A DNA stretch of 60,776 bases from an uncultured archaeon. GTDB lineage: Archaea; Asgardarchaeota; Lokiarchaeia; Sigyniarchaeales; SOKP01. The stretch is from the NCBI GenBank assembly GCA_964388035.1, contig CAYLZE010000017.1, positions 1 through 60,776 on the forward strand. Reading direction: 5' to 3'. Made by a program: the position numbers and the translations under genes. Below, piece after piece: positions 9,507 through 19,811 of this stretch (position 1 is its first letter; every line of letters begins with the position of its first letter). A model generated the notes under the pieces. The model ran no database searches. It had not been told where the DNA came from and worked only from the letters and a program-made list of their open reading frames with translations.

Positions 9507-9723
9507 TTATTATCTGGTTTACTGATAATAATACTATTTTTTTGCATTAAATAAAGCTTATTATCTATCCCTAAAATTATATTCTGATAACTTGGTTATT
9601 ATTTTTTTTAAATTTGACTTTTTTTCCTAAATCAATAAATCTATATATACATAAAAATTCAAAATACTATATTAAGGGATTTTATATTTTTTATATTCGA
9701 CTCAAAAAAAAAATCAATTAACC

Positions 9724-10680
9724 ATGAAGGATCACGCAATTATTTATAACCCTATGGCAGGAAATTCTAAAAAAACCAGAAAAGATATGGATTATTTAGC
9801 TAAGTGCATGGAGGAGATGGGACTTTCCTATAAATTATTTGAATCCCAATATGCAGGACATTCGATTCAGTTAGCAACAGAATGTGCAAAAGATGGATAT
9901 ATTGTCATAGGTGCGGGAGGAGATGGGACTTGCAATGAGGTCATGCACGGAGTCATTACCTCCAATACGGGAGTTTTATGTGGGTTTATTCCCATGGGTA
10001 CGGGGAATGATATTCCAGGAGCAATTGGTATTCTTCCGGATATTAAAAGAGCTTGTGAAATAATTAAGGAAGGTAATAGTAGTAAATCCGATATTGGTCT
10101 TGCACTAACTCATGAGGGAATCAAGCGCTATTTTCTCGGAATTGGAAGCCAAGGATTTGATGCTGAAGTCACTAAAAGACATAATGAAGGAAACGTGAAA
10201 AGCTATATCTATCATGTTTTACGGACAGTTTTTCCTTGGAAGGTAAAAGAAGTAAAGGTCATGATGGATAGCGATACTTATGAAGGAGATTCCAACTGTA
10301 TAGCCGTTGGAAATGGTCCCAGTTATGGAGGATGGATGTATATTTGTCAGAATGCCCGTATAAATGATGGTCTTTTTCATATCAGCGTTGTTGATATAAG
10401 GAAATTTAAATTACTAAAAGATTTACCAAAAACATACACGGCTTCCTTATCCCCCCATGAAAATGTCTATGAATATGTGAGTAAGAAAGTAAGGATTGAA
10501 ATGTTGAATCCCGAGGATGAACCATACTTATGCCAAGTAGATGGAGAAGTTCTCGGTACCATTCCCGTGGACTATGAGTGTATCAAGGATGGATATGAAT
10601 TCATTCGTCCTGAATGTGATGAGGTTGCTGAGGCATTTAAGGAGAAACACGGACGTTACTTTTATGAATGTGCTAATTAG
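9724..10680 (+). CDS. Diacylglycerol/lipid kinase family protein (YegS/DgkB-like)
   Basis: NPMAG, GGDGT, PMGTGND and QVDGE motifs. Confidence 0.9.
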   Translation: MKDHAIIYNPMAGNSKKTRKDMDYLAKCMEEMGLSYKLFESQYAGHSIQLATECAKDGYIVIGAGGDGTCNEVMHGVITSNTGVLCGFIPMGTGNDIPGAIGILPDIKRACEIIKEGNSSKSDIGLALTHEGIKRYFLGIGSQGFDAEVTKRHNEGNVKSYIYHVLRTVFPWKVKEVKVMMDSDTYEGDSNCIAVGNGPSYGGWMYICQNARINDGLFHISVVDIRKFKLLKDLPKTYTASLSPHENVYEYVSKKVRIEMLNPEDEPYLCQVDGEVLGTIPVDYECIKDGYEFIRPECDEVAEAFKEKHGRYFYECAN

Positions 10681-10977
10681 AGTTGCAAATTATCTTTTTT
10701 TCTTTTGCTCTTTTCCTTTATTTTATTTTTATGCACAATTTTATCCTATACGAGAAAGAGTTGGATTGAAAAGGTAGTCTTTTCTATAAATTTCAACAAT
10801 AAATGCTATTAAGCAAATGATTTACAAGATTAAGGTCGATATATTCATTATTTCATAATCTTTTCTCTTATTTTATTTCAAAAATTGTTAAATATGAGTC
10901 AATCTTTTTTATTCTTTGAAATCTATAGGTTAATAATTTTATTTGAGAAGAAAATAAAAATTCAATAATCAAAAAGA

Positions 10978-11694
10978 ATGAAAATAAAAAGGATTTTCAT
11001 ACTTTTTTTCTTGCTCGCTCTCAATTGGACTTTTTTAATACCGGGTGTATTTGCAAGATCCTACACTCTTGGAGTTAAAGAAGGAGAACAATATAATTGG
11101 GTCGTTGACATCTTAGATGAGGATGAGATGAAAAAAACTTTTGGTAAACGTGGTCTGCCTTTTTTATACTTAAAGGGAGTAAATTGGGAAGAATATAATG
11201 ATATGAACTTAAATATATTACACATCGAAGAAGTGATTAAGGATGGGGTTAAATATTGGAGTATAAATTTTGTTTTGACTTGGTTTCGTATTGATTCCAG
11301 TACTAAGGATTTACATTTTAATGACATCAGTTATATAATTCAAAATCCAAATGAAGAAAATTATCCTTTTGGAGAACTTTTTTGCTTGAATCCCGTTGAG
11401 GATTATATTAGCGAGACGTGCGAAGGACAAAATAATTATGAGGTAAAAGATAATTCAATAATTTACTATGCAAGTGCACTTGGGATAAAAATTGAGATGA
11501 TTTATGAAGAATCTACGGGTATATTATATCATTATTCAATATGTAAGGACGGGAATATAATTTATGGTTTACAATTATCAATACCCATGACTACTCTAAT
11601 ACCTCTTATTGGTGTAATGTTTCTTGTTTTGGGGCCACCTACTTTAATTGTGGTTATAGTCGTAATTTTCACATTACATAGAAAAAAGAAATGA
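10978..11694 (+). CDS. Hypothetical cell-surface protein (signal peptide plus C-terminal TM anchor)
   Basis: Basic/hydrophobic N-terminus; C-terminal hydrophobic helix followed by HRKKK. Confidence 0.7.
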   Translation: MKIKRIFILFFLLALNWTFLIPGVFARSYTLGVKEGEQYNWVVDILDEDEMKKTFGKRGLPFLYLKGVNWEEYNDMNLNILHIEEVIKDGVKYWSINFVLTWFRIDSSTKDLHFNDISYIIQNPNEENYPFGELFCLNPVEDYISETCEGQNNYEVKDNSIIYYASALGIKIEMIYEESTGILYHYSICKDGNIIYGLQLSIPMTTLIPLIGVMFLVLGPPTLIVVIVVIFTLHRKKK

Positions 11695-12057
11695 AATGTA
11701 ACTGGATCTATTCTTGCTGGGGAAAATTTGTCTGTTTACGATAATTTTTTTTATGTGAAGATTGGTGATGAAGCGAACATCAAATTATTAAAGGTTGTAG
11801 GAAAAATTACACAGCATCTTTATTTTCCCATAGCGGAGTCCATAAATATATGCGTCGAAAGGTAAGGATTAAAATGTTTAATCTGGAGGAGAAAGATACT
11901 CATTTTTTTTAATTAAAAATGGTTGATAAAAAAAGCGGTATTTTCTAAATTATTTACAAAAAAATAGTAATGAGTTAACCTTTTACATGAAATGGATTTG
12001 ATCATACTAAGATTCAAATATTTTGAATAATTTTCTTTCAAGATAGGTGTTAAAAAG

Positions 12058-13011
12058 ATGGGCACTTTTGATTATTCATCAAGGGAGCAACCAACTTTCT
12101 ATTATATAGGGGTTAGTACGGGCAAATCCTCCATCATGAGAGTATTTCCAAAATGGGCAGAATATCTCGGGATAGGAGGAACCCCATTTATCGGAATCGA
12201 TTGCAAAATACATGATGACCCGGAAATGTATAGAAAGATTGTAGCTTTCATAAAAAAGGATAAGAATTCATTGGGGGCTCTAGTGACTTCTCATAAAATT
12301 GATCTATACGAAGCTGCAAGGGATCTTTTTGATGAAGTTGGGGAATATACTAAATTATTAGGAGAAGTGAGCTGTATTTCAAAGAGAGATGGTGTTTTAT
12401 GGGGGCACGCAAAAGATCCAATCACGAGCGGTTTAGCTTATGAAGCATTCATCCCCAAAGATCATTGGGAAAAAACGGGAGCAGAAATATGCATTTTTGG
12501 TGCTGGAGGTGCTTCTTTAGCTCTAACTACTTATCTCCTCATGAATTTAAAAAAAGAAAATTGGCCTTCAAAAATACACGTATCTAATAGGAGTACTCCC
12601 CGATTAGATGGCATGAAAAAGATTCTTTCAAAAATTAATCCTGGAGTTAAAGTTCAATACTATCACCATCCTATCCCTGAAGAGAATGATAGAATAGTAA
12701 ATAGTATATCTCCTGGTTCATTAATTATAAATGGGACGGGATTGGGAAAAGATGCTCCCGGATCTCCCATTACAGATGAAGCTAATTTTCCCGAGAATGG
12801 ATTTGCATGGGATTATAATTATAGGGGGGATTTATTATTCCTTGATCAAGCACGAGCCCAGAAAAAGGAAAAAAGGCTCCACGTGGAAGATGGATGGGTT
12901 TATTTTCTTCATGGCTGGACAAGGGTCATTGCAGAAGTATTTCATATTGAGATTCCTACTAGTGGGCCTCAATTTGAGAAAATCTCCCAAATCGCCGCTG
13001 AGGTTAGATAA
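12058..13011 (+). CDS. Shikimate-dehydrogenase-like NAD(P) oxidoreductase, likely catabolic
   Basis: VTSHK, GAGGA, NRS, NGTGLG and DGW motifs of the SDH fold; first gene of a sugar operon. Confidence 0.75.
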   Translation: MGTFDYSSREQPTFYYIGVSTGKSSIMRVFPKWAEYLGIGGTPFIGIDCKIHDDPEMYRKIVAFIKKDKNSLGALVTSHKIDLYEAARDLFDEVGEYTKLLGEVSCISKRDGVLWGHAKDPITSGLAYEAFIPKDHWEKTGAEICIFGAGGASLALTTYLLMNLKKENWPSKIHVSNRSTPRLDGMKKILSKINPGVKVQYYHHPIPEENDRIVNSISPGSLIINGTGLGKDAPGSPITDEANFPENGFAWDYNYRGDLLFLDQARAQKKEKRLHVEDGWVYFLHGWTRVIAEVFHIEIPTSGPQFEKISQIAAEVR

Positions 13012-13031
13012 AATTAGAGAGGTGAGAAATA

Positions 13032-13616
13032 ATGGAAAATGAGAAAAATCTTGAATCAAGAAAAATCTATTTTGATCTTCAAAATGGATTATCACCGAAT
13101 CATGCTTCCATTAAGAGAAAGTTATCTGACATGAAAGGCATATATTTGAATGACGAGGAACTTAATAAGATGGTGAAAAAAGAAGATATACTGGTATATG
13201 AATTCTATAACGTTAATGTGCCGGAAAAATCAAGTGATTTGGCATATGGCACCACGATTCTTTATCCCGGTAAAGTTGGGAAGGAATATTTCATGACAAA
13301 AGGTCATTTTCATTCAATTTTAGAGACTGCAGAGATTTATTATTGTATTCGGGGTACTGGATTCATGTTAATGGAGTGTCCCGAAGGAAAGGTAGAGATC
13401 CAAGAGTTTCAACCAGGAATATCCGTTTATGTTCCTCCGCGATACGCTCATAGGAGTATTAACACATCATCAAATAGTCCTTTAATAACATTTTTTGCAT
13501 ATCGTGCGGATGCAGGTCACGATTATGGAACTATTGAAGAAAAAGGATTTAGAACATTAATTATTGAACAAGATGGAAAAACAATTGTGATTCCGAATCC
13601 AAAATGGAATCCATAA
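13032..13616 (+). CDS. Cupin-type glucose-6-phosphate isomerase family protein
   Basis: PGKVGKEYFMTKGHFH, EIY, YVPPRYAHRSIN and AGHDY motifs. Confidence 0.9.
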   Translation: MENEKNLESRKIYFDLQNGLSPNHASIKRKLSDMKGIYLNDEELNKMVKKEDILVYEFYNVNVPEKSSDLAYGTTILYPGKVGKEYFMTKGHFHSILETAEIYYCIRGTGFMLMECPEGKVEIQEFQPGISVYVPPRYAHRSINTSSNSPLITFFAYRADAGHDYGTIEEKGFRTLIIEQDGKTIVIPNPKWNP

Positions 13617-13620
13617 TTAA

Positions 13621-15423
13621 TTGGGGGTGAAAAACGTGAATAAAGTATATGTTACGCCACGTTCCATAACACAAAATCACGGTCATCCGGCATTAAAGAA
13701 GCTCGAGGATGCGGGTTTAGATATAATTCTTTCTTCTCCCGGCAAGCAACCTTCGGAGGAAGAACAGTTGAAAACTCTTCCCGAATGTGTTGCATATCTA
13801 GCAGGCATCGAACCTATTACTGATCGTGTAATGAGCGCGGCTAAATCTCTCAAAATCATCAGTAGAAATGGAGTAGGTATTGAAAACATTGATCTTGAAA
13901 GTGCAAAGCGGCACGATATTGAGGTTAAGATTGCTCCCGGGTCAAATGCTCGGGGGGTCGCTGAACTGGCTATAGCCCTCATGCTAAGTGCTGTCCGCTT
14001 TATTCCATATTGTAATGAGAAATTTAAAAAAGGGGAATGGAAGCGTAATATGGGAATGGAAATAGAGAAAAAGACGCTTGGTATAATAGGTTGCGGAAAT
14101 ATCGGAAAAACCGTGGCACGATTGGCCTTAGGCTTGGAAATGAGAGTATTGGGATATGATTTATATCCCGATTTATCTTTTCAACCGTCGAAGAATTTTA
14201 GCCATGCATCTTTGAAGGAGGTAATTCAACAATCAGATATTATCACGTTACATGTTCCTCCCAGCGAAAATCCCATCATAGATGAAGAGGCAATAAAACT
14301 CATGAAACAAGGGGTGTATATAATTAATACTGCGAGAGCGGGCGTCGTGGATAAAAAAGCGGTTTTAAACGGACTCAACTCCAATAAAATCCTCGTGTAT
14401 GCGACAGATGTGTTTGAAACTGAGCCACCAGTGATTGATGAGCTATTAAGTCATGAACGGGTGATCACAACCCCTCATGTGGGAGGTTACACGCAAGAGA
14501 GCATTGATAGTGCGGTAGAAATGGCAGTGGATAATATTCTAAAAGCACTAAATTTACAATCCTTGATTATTGAGCACCATCCAATTGAAAGCATGGAAAA
14601 AGAACTCAATGAAAAATCAATTGGGAATCAAGTAATTGAATTAATTTGGTTGGGACAGGCGGGATTTGTTCTGAAATACGAAGGAAAGGAAATTATAATA
14701 GACCCATATTTATCCGATTTTCTAGCGAGAAAGTATGCTGGGAAAACCTTTCCACATGCAAGATTAATGCCCATTCCGGTAAATCCCGATAATTTATTAC
14801 ATGTGGATTATATTTTTAGTTCTCATCCACATTCTGACCACCTGGATCCCGATACAATCACTCCAATATCAAGAAATAATCCAAATTGTAAGTTTATTGT
14901 GCCTTCGGCAGCTTTTGAAGAAGCTATTTCGAGAGGAATTGATAAGGAACAGATCATCCCTGTGAATGCAGGAGATTCCATACAATTAACTCAAAATATC
15001 AAAATTAAGCCGATTCCAGCATCTCATGAAACTTTAGAAGTAAATCAAAAAGGAGAGCATTTGTTTTTAGGATACATTTTTCAATTGGGGGATATCGCTA
15101 TTTATCATTCTGGAGACTGCATTCCTTACGATGGATTAACTGATTACCTTAAAGCGGAAAAAATTCACTTGGCATTATTACCCATTAATGGAAGGGATGA
15201 TTATCGATTAAAAAACGGCATTGCGGGTAATTTTAAAATCCCAGAAGTCTTGGATATTTGTGAAGCAGCTGGTATTAAAAATATAATAGTACACCATTTT
15301 GGCATGTTTTCTTATAATACCGTGAGCGATGCGGAGTTAATAGATCTAGAAAATAGGAGCAGTAAAAAGTTAAGGATCATCATTCCTAAAATTAATTGGT
15401 TATATAAGATTCAATTATCTTGA
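13621..15423 (+). CDS. D-2-hydroxyacid (phosphoglycerate-type) dehydrogenase fused to UlaG-like metallo-beta-lactamase-fold hydrolase
   Basis: N-half has GCGNIG, INTARA, DVFETEP and TPHVGG. C-half has WLGQAG, SHPHSDHLD, YHSGD and PING. Probable start is GTG 13636 after GGGGTGA. Confidence 0.85.
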   Translation: MGVKNVNKVYVTPRSITQNHGHPALKKLEDAGLDIILSSPGKQPSEEEQLKTLPECVAYLAGIEPITDRVMSAAKSLKIISRNGVGIENIDLESAKRHDIEVKIAPGSNARGVAELAIALMLSAVRFIPYCNEKFKKGEWKRNMGMEIEKKTLGIIGCGNIGKTVARLALGLEMRVLGYDLYPDLSFQPSKNFSHASLKEVIQQSDIITLHVPPSENPIIDEEAIKLMKQGVYIINTARAGVVDKKAVLNGLNSNKILVYATDVFETEPPVIDELLSHERVITTPHVGGYTQESIDSAVEMAVDNILKALNLQSLIIEHHPIESMEKELNEKSIGNQVIELIWLGQAGFVLKYEGKEIIIDPYLSDFLARKYAGKTFPHARLMPIPVNPDNLLHVDYIFSSHPHSDHLDPDTITPISRNNPNCKFIVPSAAFEEAISRGIDKEQIIPVNAGDSIQLTQNIKIKPIPASHETLEVNQKGEHLFLGYIFQLGDIAIYHSGDCIPYDGLTDYLKAEKIHLALLPINGRDDYRLKNGIAGNFKIPEVLDICEAAGIKNIIVHHFGMFSYNTVSDAELIDLENRSSKKLRIIIPKINWLYKIQLS

Positions 15424-15520
15424 TTAAATGAAATTGTCAGATATGATACAAAATTTCTGAAATTAATTAAGTAAAGTAAAAACAATTAATATTTCTTAAA
15501 CTAAAAAGAGGAGATAATAA

Positions 15521-16150
15521 GTGGACGTGATAGAAAGGTTAAAACAATTAAAACTGGTTCCCGTGGCAACCATAGAGGAACCAGAAGATGCTCTTGAATT
15601 AGGTAAGATACTCGTTGAAGAGGGCTTACCCGTTTTAGAAATCACATTTCGAACGGAAGCTGCAGCAACAGCCATAGCAACAGTTACTAAAGAAATTCCC
15701 GAATTATTAATGGGAGCGGGTACCGTGTTAAAAGTGGATCAAGTAAAATCTGCCGTGAAAGCAGGTGCAAAGTTTATTGTCACCCCGGGGTTCAATCCGA
15801 CTGTCGTGGATTACTGCGTTAAGAACAAGATTCCAATTGTTCCCGGTCTAAATACCCCCACCATGGTAGAATGGGCTTTAGAAAGAGGTATTGGGCTGGT
15901 TAAATTTTTTCCCGCAGATTTATCGGGAGGTCCGAAAATGATTCAAACCTTATCCGGTCCTTATCCTACCATGAAATTCATGCCGACGGGGGGAATTAAT
16001 GAACAGAGTTTAGTGGAATATCTTAAATTAAAAAATGTGGCAGCGTGTGGGGGAAGTTGGTTTGTAAATAAAGAGCTAATAGCTGCGGGGAATTTTGAGG
16101 AAATAAGGAATAGAACCAAAAAAGCTGTTTCTCTTATTATAGGATCATGA
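15521..16150 (+). CDS. eda: KDPG/KHG aldolase
   Basis: LEITFRT, GAGTV, VKFFPA, MPTGGI and CGGSW motifs. Confidence 0.92.
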   Translation: MDVIERLKQLKLVPVATIEEPEDALELGKILVEEGLPVLEITFRTEAAATAIATVTKEIPELLMGAGTVLKVDQVKSAVKAGAKFIVTPGFNPTVVDYCVKNKIPIVPGLNTPTMVEWALERGIGLVKFFPADLSGGPKMIQTLSGPYPTMKFMPTGGINEQSLVEYLKLKNVAACGGSWFVNKELIAAGNFEEIRNRTKKAVSLIIGS

Positions 16151-16204
16151 TACTTTTAAGGAGCAATATTCTTTATCATTTTTTCCTTTCACAATGATTT
16201 AAAA

Positions 16205-17311
16205 CTATTTAATATTCACCGAATCTAAGCACTTATTTTTTACTACTTTCTTTCCGATTTCGGAAATGCGTTTTGCCAGATTACTAATTTTCCATTTTTC
16301 ATGGCCTTTTACATAGGTTGAGAATTTATTTTCAAGTGGATCCTTCCACTTATCCGGTATTTGACTTGCACCCAATTGAGCTCCAATGATAGCTCCAATA
16401 TTCCCACAATTGCAATCGGTATCGAGTCCCATCATTCCAGCAATACAAATCGAGGAACCCAATATATCTTCTTGATTATCCCTTCCATATAGGAGCGCTA
16501 ACACGATAATACCCGCATTTGGTAAGACATGCACGCCTGATACTACTTCGTTGAGAAATTTGCGATTCCTCTTTTTAGTAGAAGTTGGATCCGCGATTAA
16601 TTTATTTACTCTGACATCATCCCAATAATCAATTAGCAATTCTCTGCCCTTTCTGAAATCTTGAGGATACTCTCCGTGGATAGAAAGAGCTTTTTGTACC
16701 ATCTGTACATATAAGCTTTCCTCTTTAGGTGGAAATACTTTCAGAGCAAGTTCAATGTTTTTCATGATGTCTTTTTCGAAAAATGCATTCGCAATTAGAA
16801 CCGCAATAAATATTTCTCCCTCAATCCCAATTCCAGCGTGAGAAATGGAGCCATCAATTTCTGCATAGAATTTCGCCATTTTGGGACAACCAGGAGAGAT
16901 CTGCCCCCAAATATCTGCTCTCATTTGAGCTCCGATAGCATCATGATACATGTTATTTATTATTCCGGATTCGGGAGGCCAAATACCCTTTCGGAGATTT
17001 TTTAACGCTACTTGTTCTGCAGTAAAGTTCAATTTATATAACAAATCAATCCATTCTTGAGCTATATCTCTGGCAGTTAAGTCAATTCCATGTTTTTCCA
17101 AGGCGATTAAGGCGCATATTTCATACATTTCATCATCATTGACGTAATCGGGATCTACCGGTTGAGGATAATAACTTAAATTCCCATATTTCTCTTGAAT
17201 TTCACCATGCGGACGAAATTCTAATGGAGCCCCCACATGATCCCCCACTACTCTACCTATCCAAGATCCCAAAACCTTTTCTTCATACTCTGCCGAAGAA
17301 ATTTCTTTCAT
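16205..17311 (-). CDS. ADP-ribosylglycohydrolase family protein
   Basis: GDHVGAPLE, NDD, IGAQMRAD, SH and DTDCN motifs. Confidence 0.87.
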   Translation of the reverse strand: MKEISSAEYEEKVLGSWIGRVVGDHVGAPLEFRPHGEIQEKYGNLSYYPQPVDPDYVNDDEMYEICALIALEKHGIDLTARDIAQEWIDLLYKLNFTAEQVALKNLRKGIWPPESGIINNMYHDAIGAQMRADIWGQISPGCPKMAKFYAEIDGSISHAGIGIEGEIFIAVLIANAFFEKDIMKNIELALKVFPPKEESLYVQMVQKALSIHGEYPQDFRKGRELLIDYWDDVRVNKLIADPTSTKKRNRKFLNEVVSGVHVLPNAGIIVLALLYGRDNQEDILGSSICIAGMMGLDTDCNCGNIGAIIGAQLGASQIPDKWKDPLENKFSTYVKGHEKWKISNLAKRISEIGKKVVKNKCLDSVNIK

Positions 17312-17508
17312 GATATCTTTATTAAAAAATCAATAATTAGATAAAAAAATTCGCAATTTAAGTACATGGAGATGGAAACTCCTTTCTTTTTTTCATTAAT
17401 GTCTGCAATATGGAGAGCAATCTTTAAATAAAGAATGAATCAAATATATTTTAATTTTTAAATAAATATCCAATCAATCAAATTAAATTTACAAATCGAG
17501 AGTTTATC

Positions 17509-18933
17509 ATGATCGAAAATATTGAAAAAGCAAATAAAATTCCCGTACCATCAACTATCAATACAATATCATATGGATTTAATACATTCTGGTCCCAGTT
17601 CATTTTTATGGTGTTTGGAGCTTATGTATTCTTTTTTTATGAGGTGGTTGTCGGTTTAGGAAGCTTTTACGTTATGGGAGCCATGATAATATACACGATT
17701 TGGGATTCGGTTAATGATCCACTCCTTGGATACTTGACTGATCGCAATACGCGTTTAACCAGAAAAGTTGGGAAGCGTTTTCCCTGGATTATCGCGGGTA
17801 TAATTCCAGCCAGTTTTGTATTCATTCTGCTTTTTACTCCTCCTGCTGTAGATCCTGCTGTTAATCCATGGCCTACTTTCTGGTGGATTGTATTTAGTAC
17901 CTCTCTCTTCGATACTTTAACTTCTCTTTGTTTTGTTAATGTTTCTGGCCTCTTTCCGGATAAATTTCAAACGGATCAATTGAGAAGAAAAGCTCAAGGA
18001 ATCCAAATTTCGCTGGGAATGATCGCCATGCCCATTAGTTTCACCATTCCGCCCCTATTTATAAAATTTGGAATACAATCGACTTATGTTACCATGGCGA
18101 TGGTATGTTCTATTGCCTTGATTGCAATCGCCGTCATCTTTTTACCCGGAATGCGTGAAAATCAGCGGGTAATAGAGCGTTATTACGTGAGCAAGGAAAA
18201 GTCAGAAAGCTTTCTTGCAGCCTTGCGATCTTCACTAAAGCAATCCAATTTCGTGGGTTATATAGCAATTGCTTTTGGCTTTCAAGTCGTGACACAATCA
18301 CTTACCGGCTCTATCGCCTATTCGGTTAATTTCATTTTACAAGCAAATGAGATGTTTTTAATCGTGCTATTTTCCTCATTTTTGACAGGAGGGATAGTTT
18401 CCGTCCCTTTTTGGATATATCTAGCCAAAAGGATAAAAAATAATAGGAAAACTATTTTGATCGGAGCATTTGCTTTGATAATCGCCACTTTCATTATAAC
18501 CTTCCATTATGATGAATTATCTGCTATTATCATGAATTTTGGCCTTGGGTTTGCCATGGGAAACTTGTGGACAATACTCGGCCTAATTTTTGCCGATGTC
18601 ATGGATGAGCGCATGGTATTGACGAAAAAAGATACAAGAGGGGCCACGGTTGGAGTGGGTTCTTTTTTCACTCGATTAGCACGTGGACTCCAGGTTGCAG
18701 TGTTTGCTATCGTTCATCAACTGACAGGATTCGTCGAGGGTGCCACCAGTTATCAAGAGCTTGCTTTAGTAAGCCCAACCCCAGAACTAGCATTGATGGG
18801 AATTCGGATTCACATGGGAGTAATTCCCTGCATTGTTTTAACAATATGCACGTTAATCTTTTGGAAGATTTACGATTTAAATCCTGAAAAAATTAAGGAA
18901 ATAAAAATCCAAATAGATAAGTTAGGTTTCTAA
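17509..18933 (+). CDS. MFS transporter, GPH (MelB-like) family
   Basis: WDSVNDPLLGYLTD, GKRFPW and ADVMDE motifs; about 12 TM helices. Confidence 0.9.
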   Translation: MIENIEKANKIPVPSTINTISYGFNTFWSQFIFMVFGAYVFFFYEVVVGLGSFYVMGAMIIYTIWDSVNDPLLGYLTDRNTRLTRKVGKRFPWIIAGIIPASFVFILLFTPPAVDPAVNPWPTFWWIVFSTSLFDTLTSLCFVNVSGLFPDKFQTDQLRRKAQGIQISLGMIAMPISFTIPPLFIKFGIQSTYVTMAMVCSIALIAIAVIFLPGMRENQRVIERYYVSKEKSESFLAALRSSLKQSNFVGYIAIAFGFQVVTQSLTGSIAYSVNFILQANEMFLIVLFSSFLTGGIVSVPFWIYLAKRIKNNRKTILIGAFALIIATFIITFHYDELSAIIMNFGLGFAMGNLWTILGLIFADVMDERMVLTKKDTRGATVGVGSFFTRLARGLQVAVFAIVHQLTGFVEGATSYQELALVSPTPELALMGIRIHMGVIPCIVLTICTLIFWKIYDLNPEKIKEIKIQIDKLGF

Positions 18934-19201
18934 TTAATTTTTTATTTTTTTATTATTCTCATTGAATATTTTTATTTTAGAATAGTTATCTCTCTGATTT
19001 GGATTCAAATCGTTAAAGAACTCTCTAATTTAAAGGCAAATAGAGTGAATAATTAATCTAAAGGAATTTTTTAGATAAAACAAAAATGTTACAATTAGAT
19101 TTTTAATTTCCTTTCCTTTAATTGTTATGATTTTTCATGATACAATATATTTGACGGGTTAACACGCTTGGATCCGCGATTCTCACTCTTGAGGGCATTG
19201 A

Positions 19202-19744
19202 GTGATTGTTATTTTCAGCATATTAAATGAATTCTTCAGTATCGTTAATGATGATGGGTATCAATTCATAGATGATTATCTCGCAGAGTTCTCGAAATGC
19301 TTTCCTTCCAGTTATTTTTATATAGGATGTTATGAAAGCTTCGATTTTGGAAAATATCGTTCTATTATTCCCGCAACCAAAAAGGGGAATAGTAAATGCT
19401 AGATTGACTTCTATGAATATATTAAGGAGAAAGTAAAATCCTTTGGGAAAGAAAAATTAATCATATATGCTGATATAGTAATTAAAAAAGAGAAGATATT
19501 GACAGGGTTAAATAAAGACATCATTCTAATGTTTTGGGACTATTCACCTAAAAGATCTTATCTTGATTTGGAAAAATTTCTTAATGTGGGATATGAAGTC
19601 ATTGCTAGTCCTTCCATGTTAAATTGAAAGAGAAATTTCCCCGATTTTGAAAAGTCAAGTAAGAATGTAATAAGCATGGCTAAGTCTGCCTATTTGCATA
19701 AGAATATGGTTAATTCCAGATGCGTGTTTCAGCTGAAATTCTGA
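19202..19744 (+). pseudogene. GH20 beta-N-acetylhexosaminidase internal fragment, pseudogene
   Basis: One frame reads YFYIGCYESFDFG...IIYADI...LMFWDY...VIASPSMLN*KRNFPD, with in-frame TAG (19400) and TGA (19625). The catalytic HIGxDE is decayed to YIGCYE, and the N- and C-termini are missing. Confidence 0.75.
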
Positions 19745-19811
19745 TTAAATGAATTCAATTGCTAATTATACAATTCATTTGGGTCTAATAGAATCATGTA
19801 AAAAATGAAAT

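Noticed and set aside
12058-13011. aroE of chorismate biosynthesis
   Set aside because: Divergent N-terminal substrate motifs and purely sugar-catabolic neighbours.
19150-19205. GC-richer patch with a TCACTC/GAGTGA hairpin as ncRNA
   Set aside because: Only a 6-bp stem at the broken 5' edge of the pseudogene; no recognisable RNA family.
19400-19627. In-frame TAG/TGA as pyrrolysine/selenocysteine recoding
   Set aside because: The TGA falls where Trp is expected, the catalytic Asp is also mutated and both termini are missing, so pseudogene decay explains it better.
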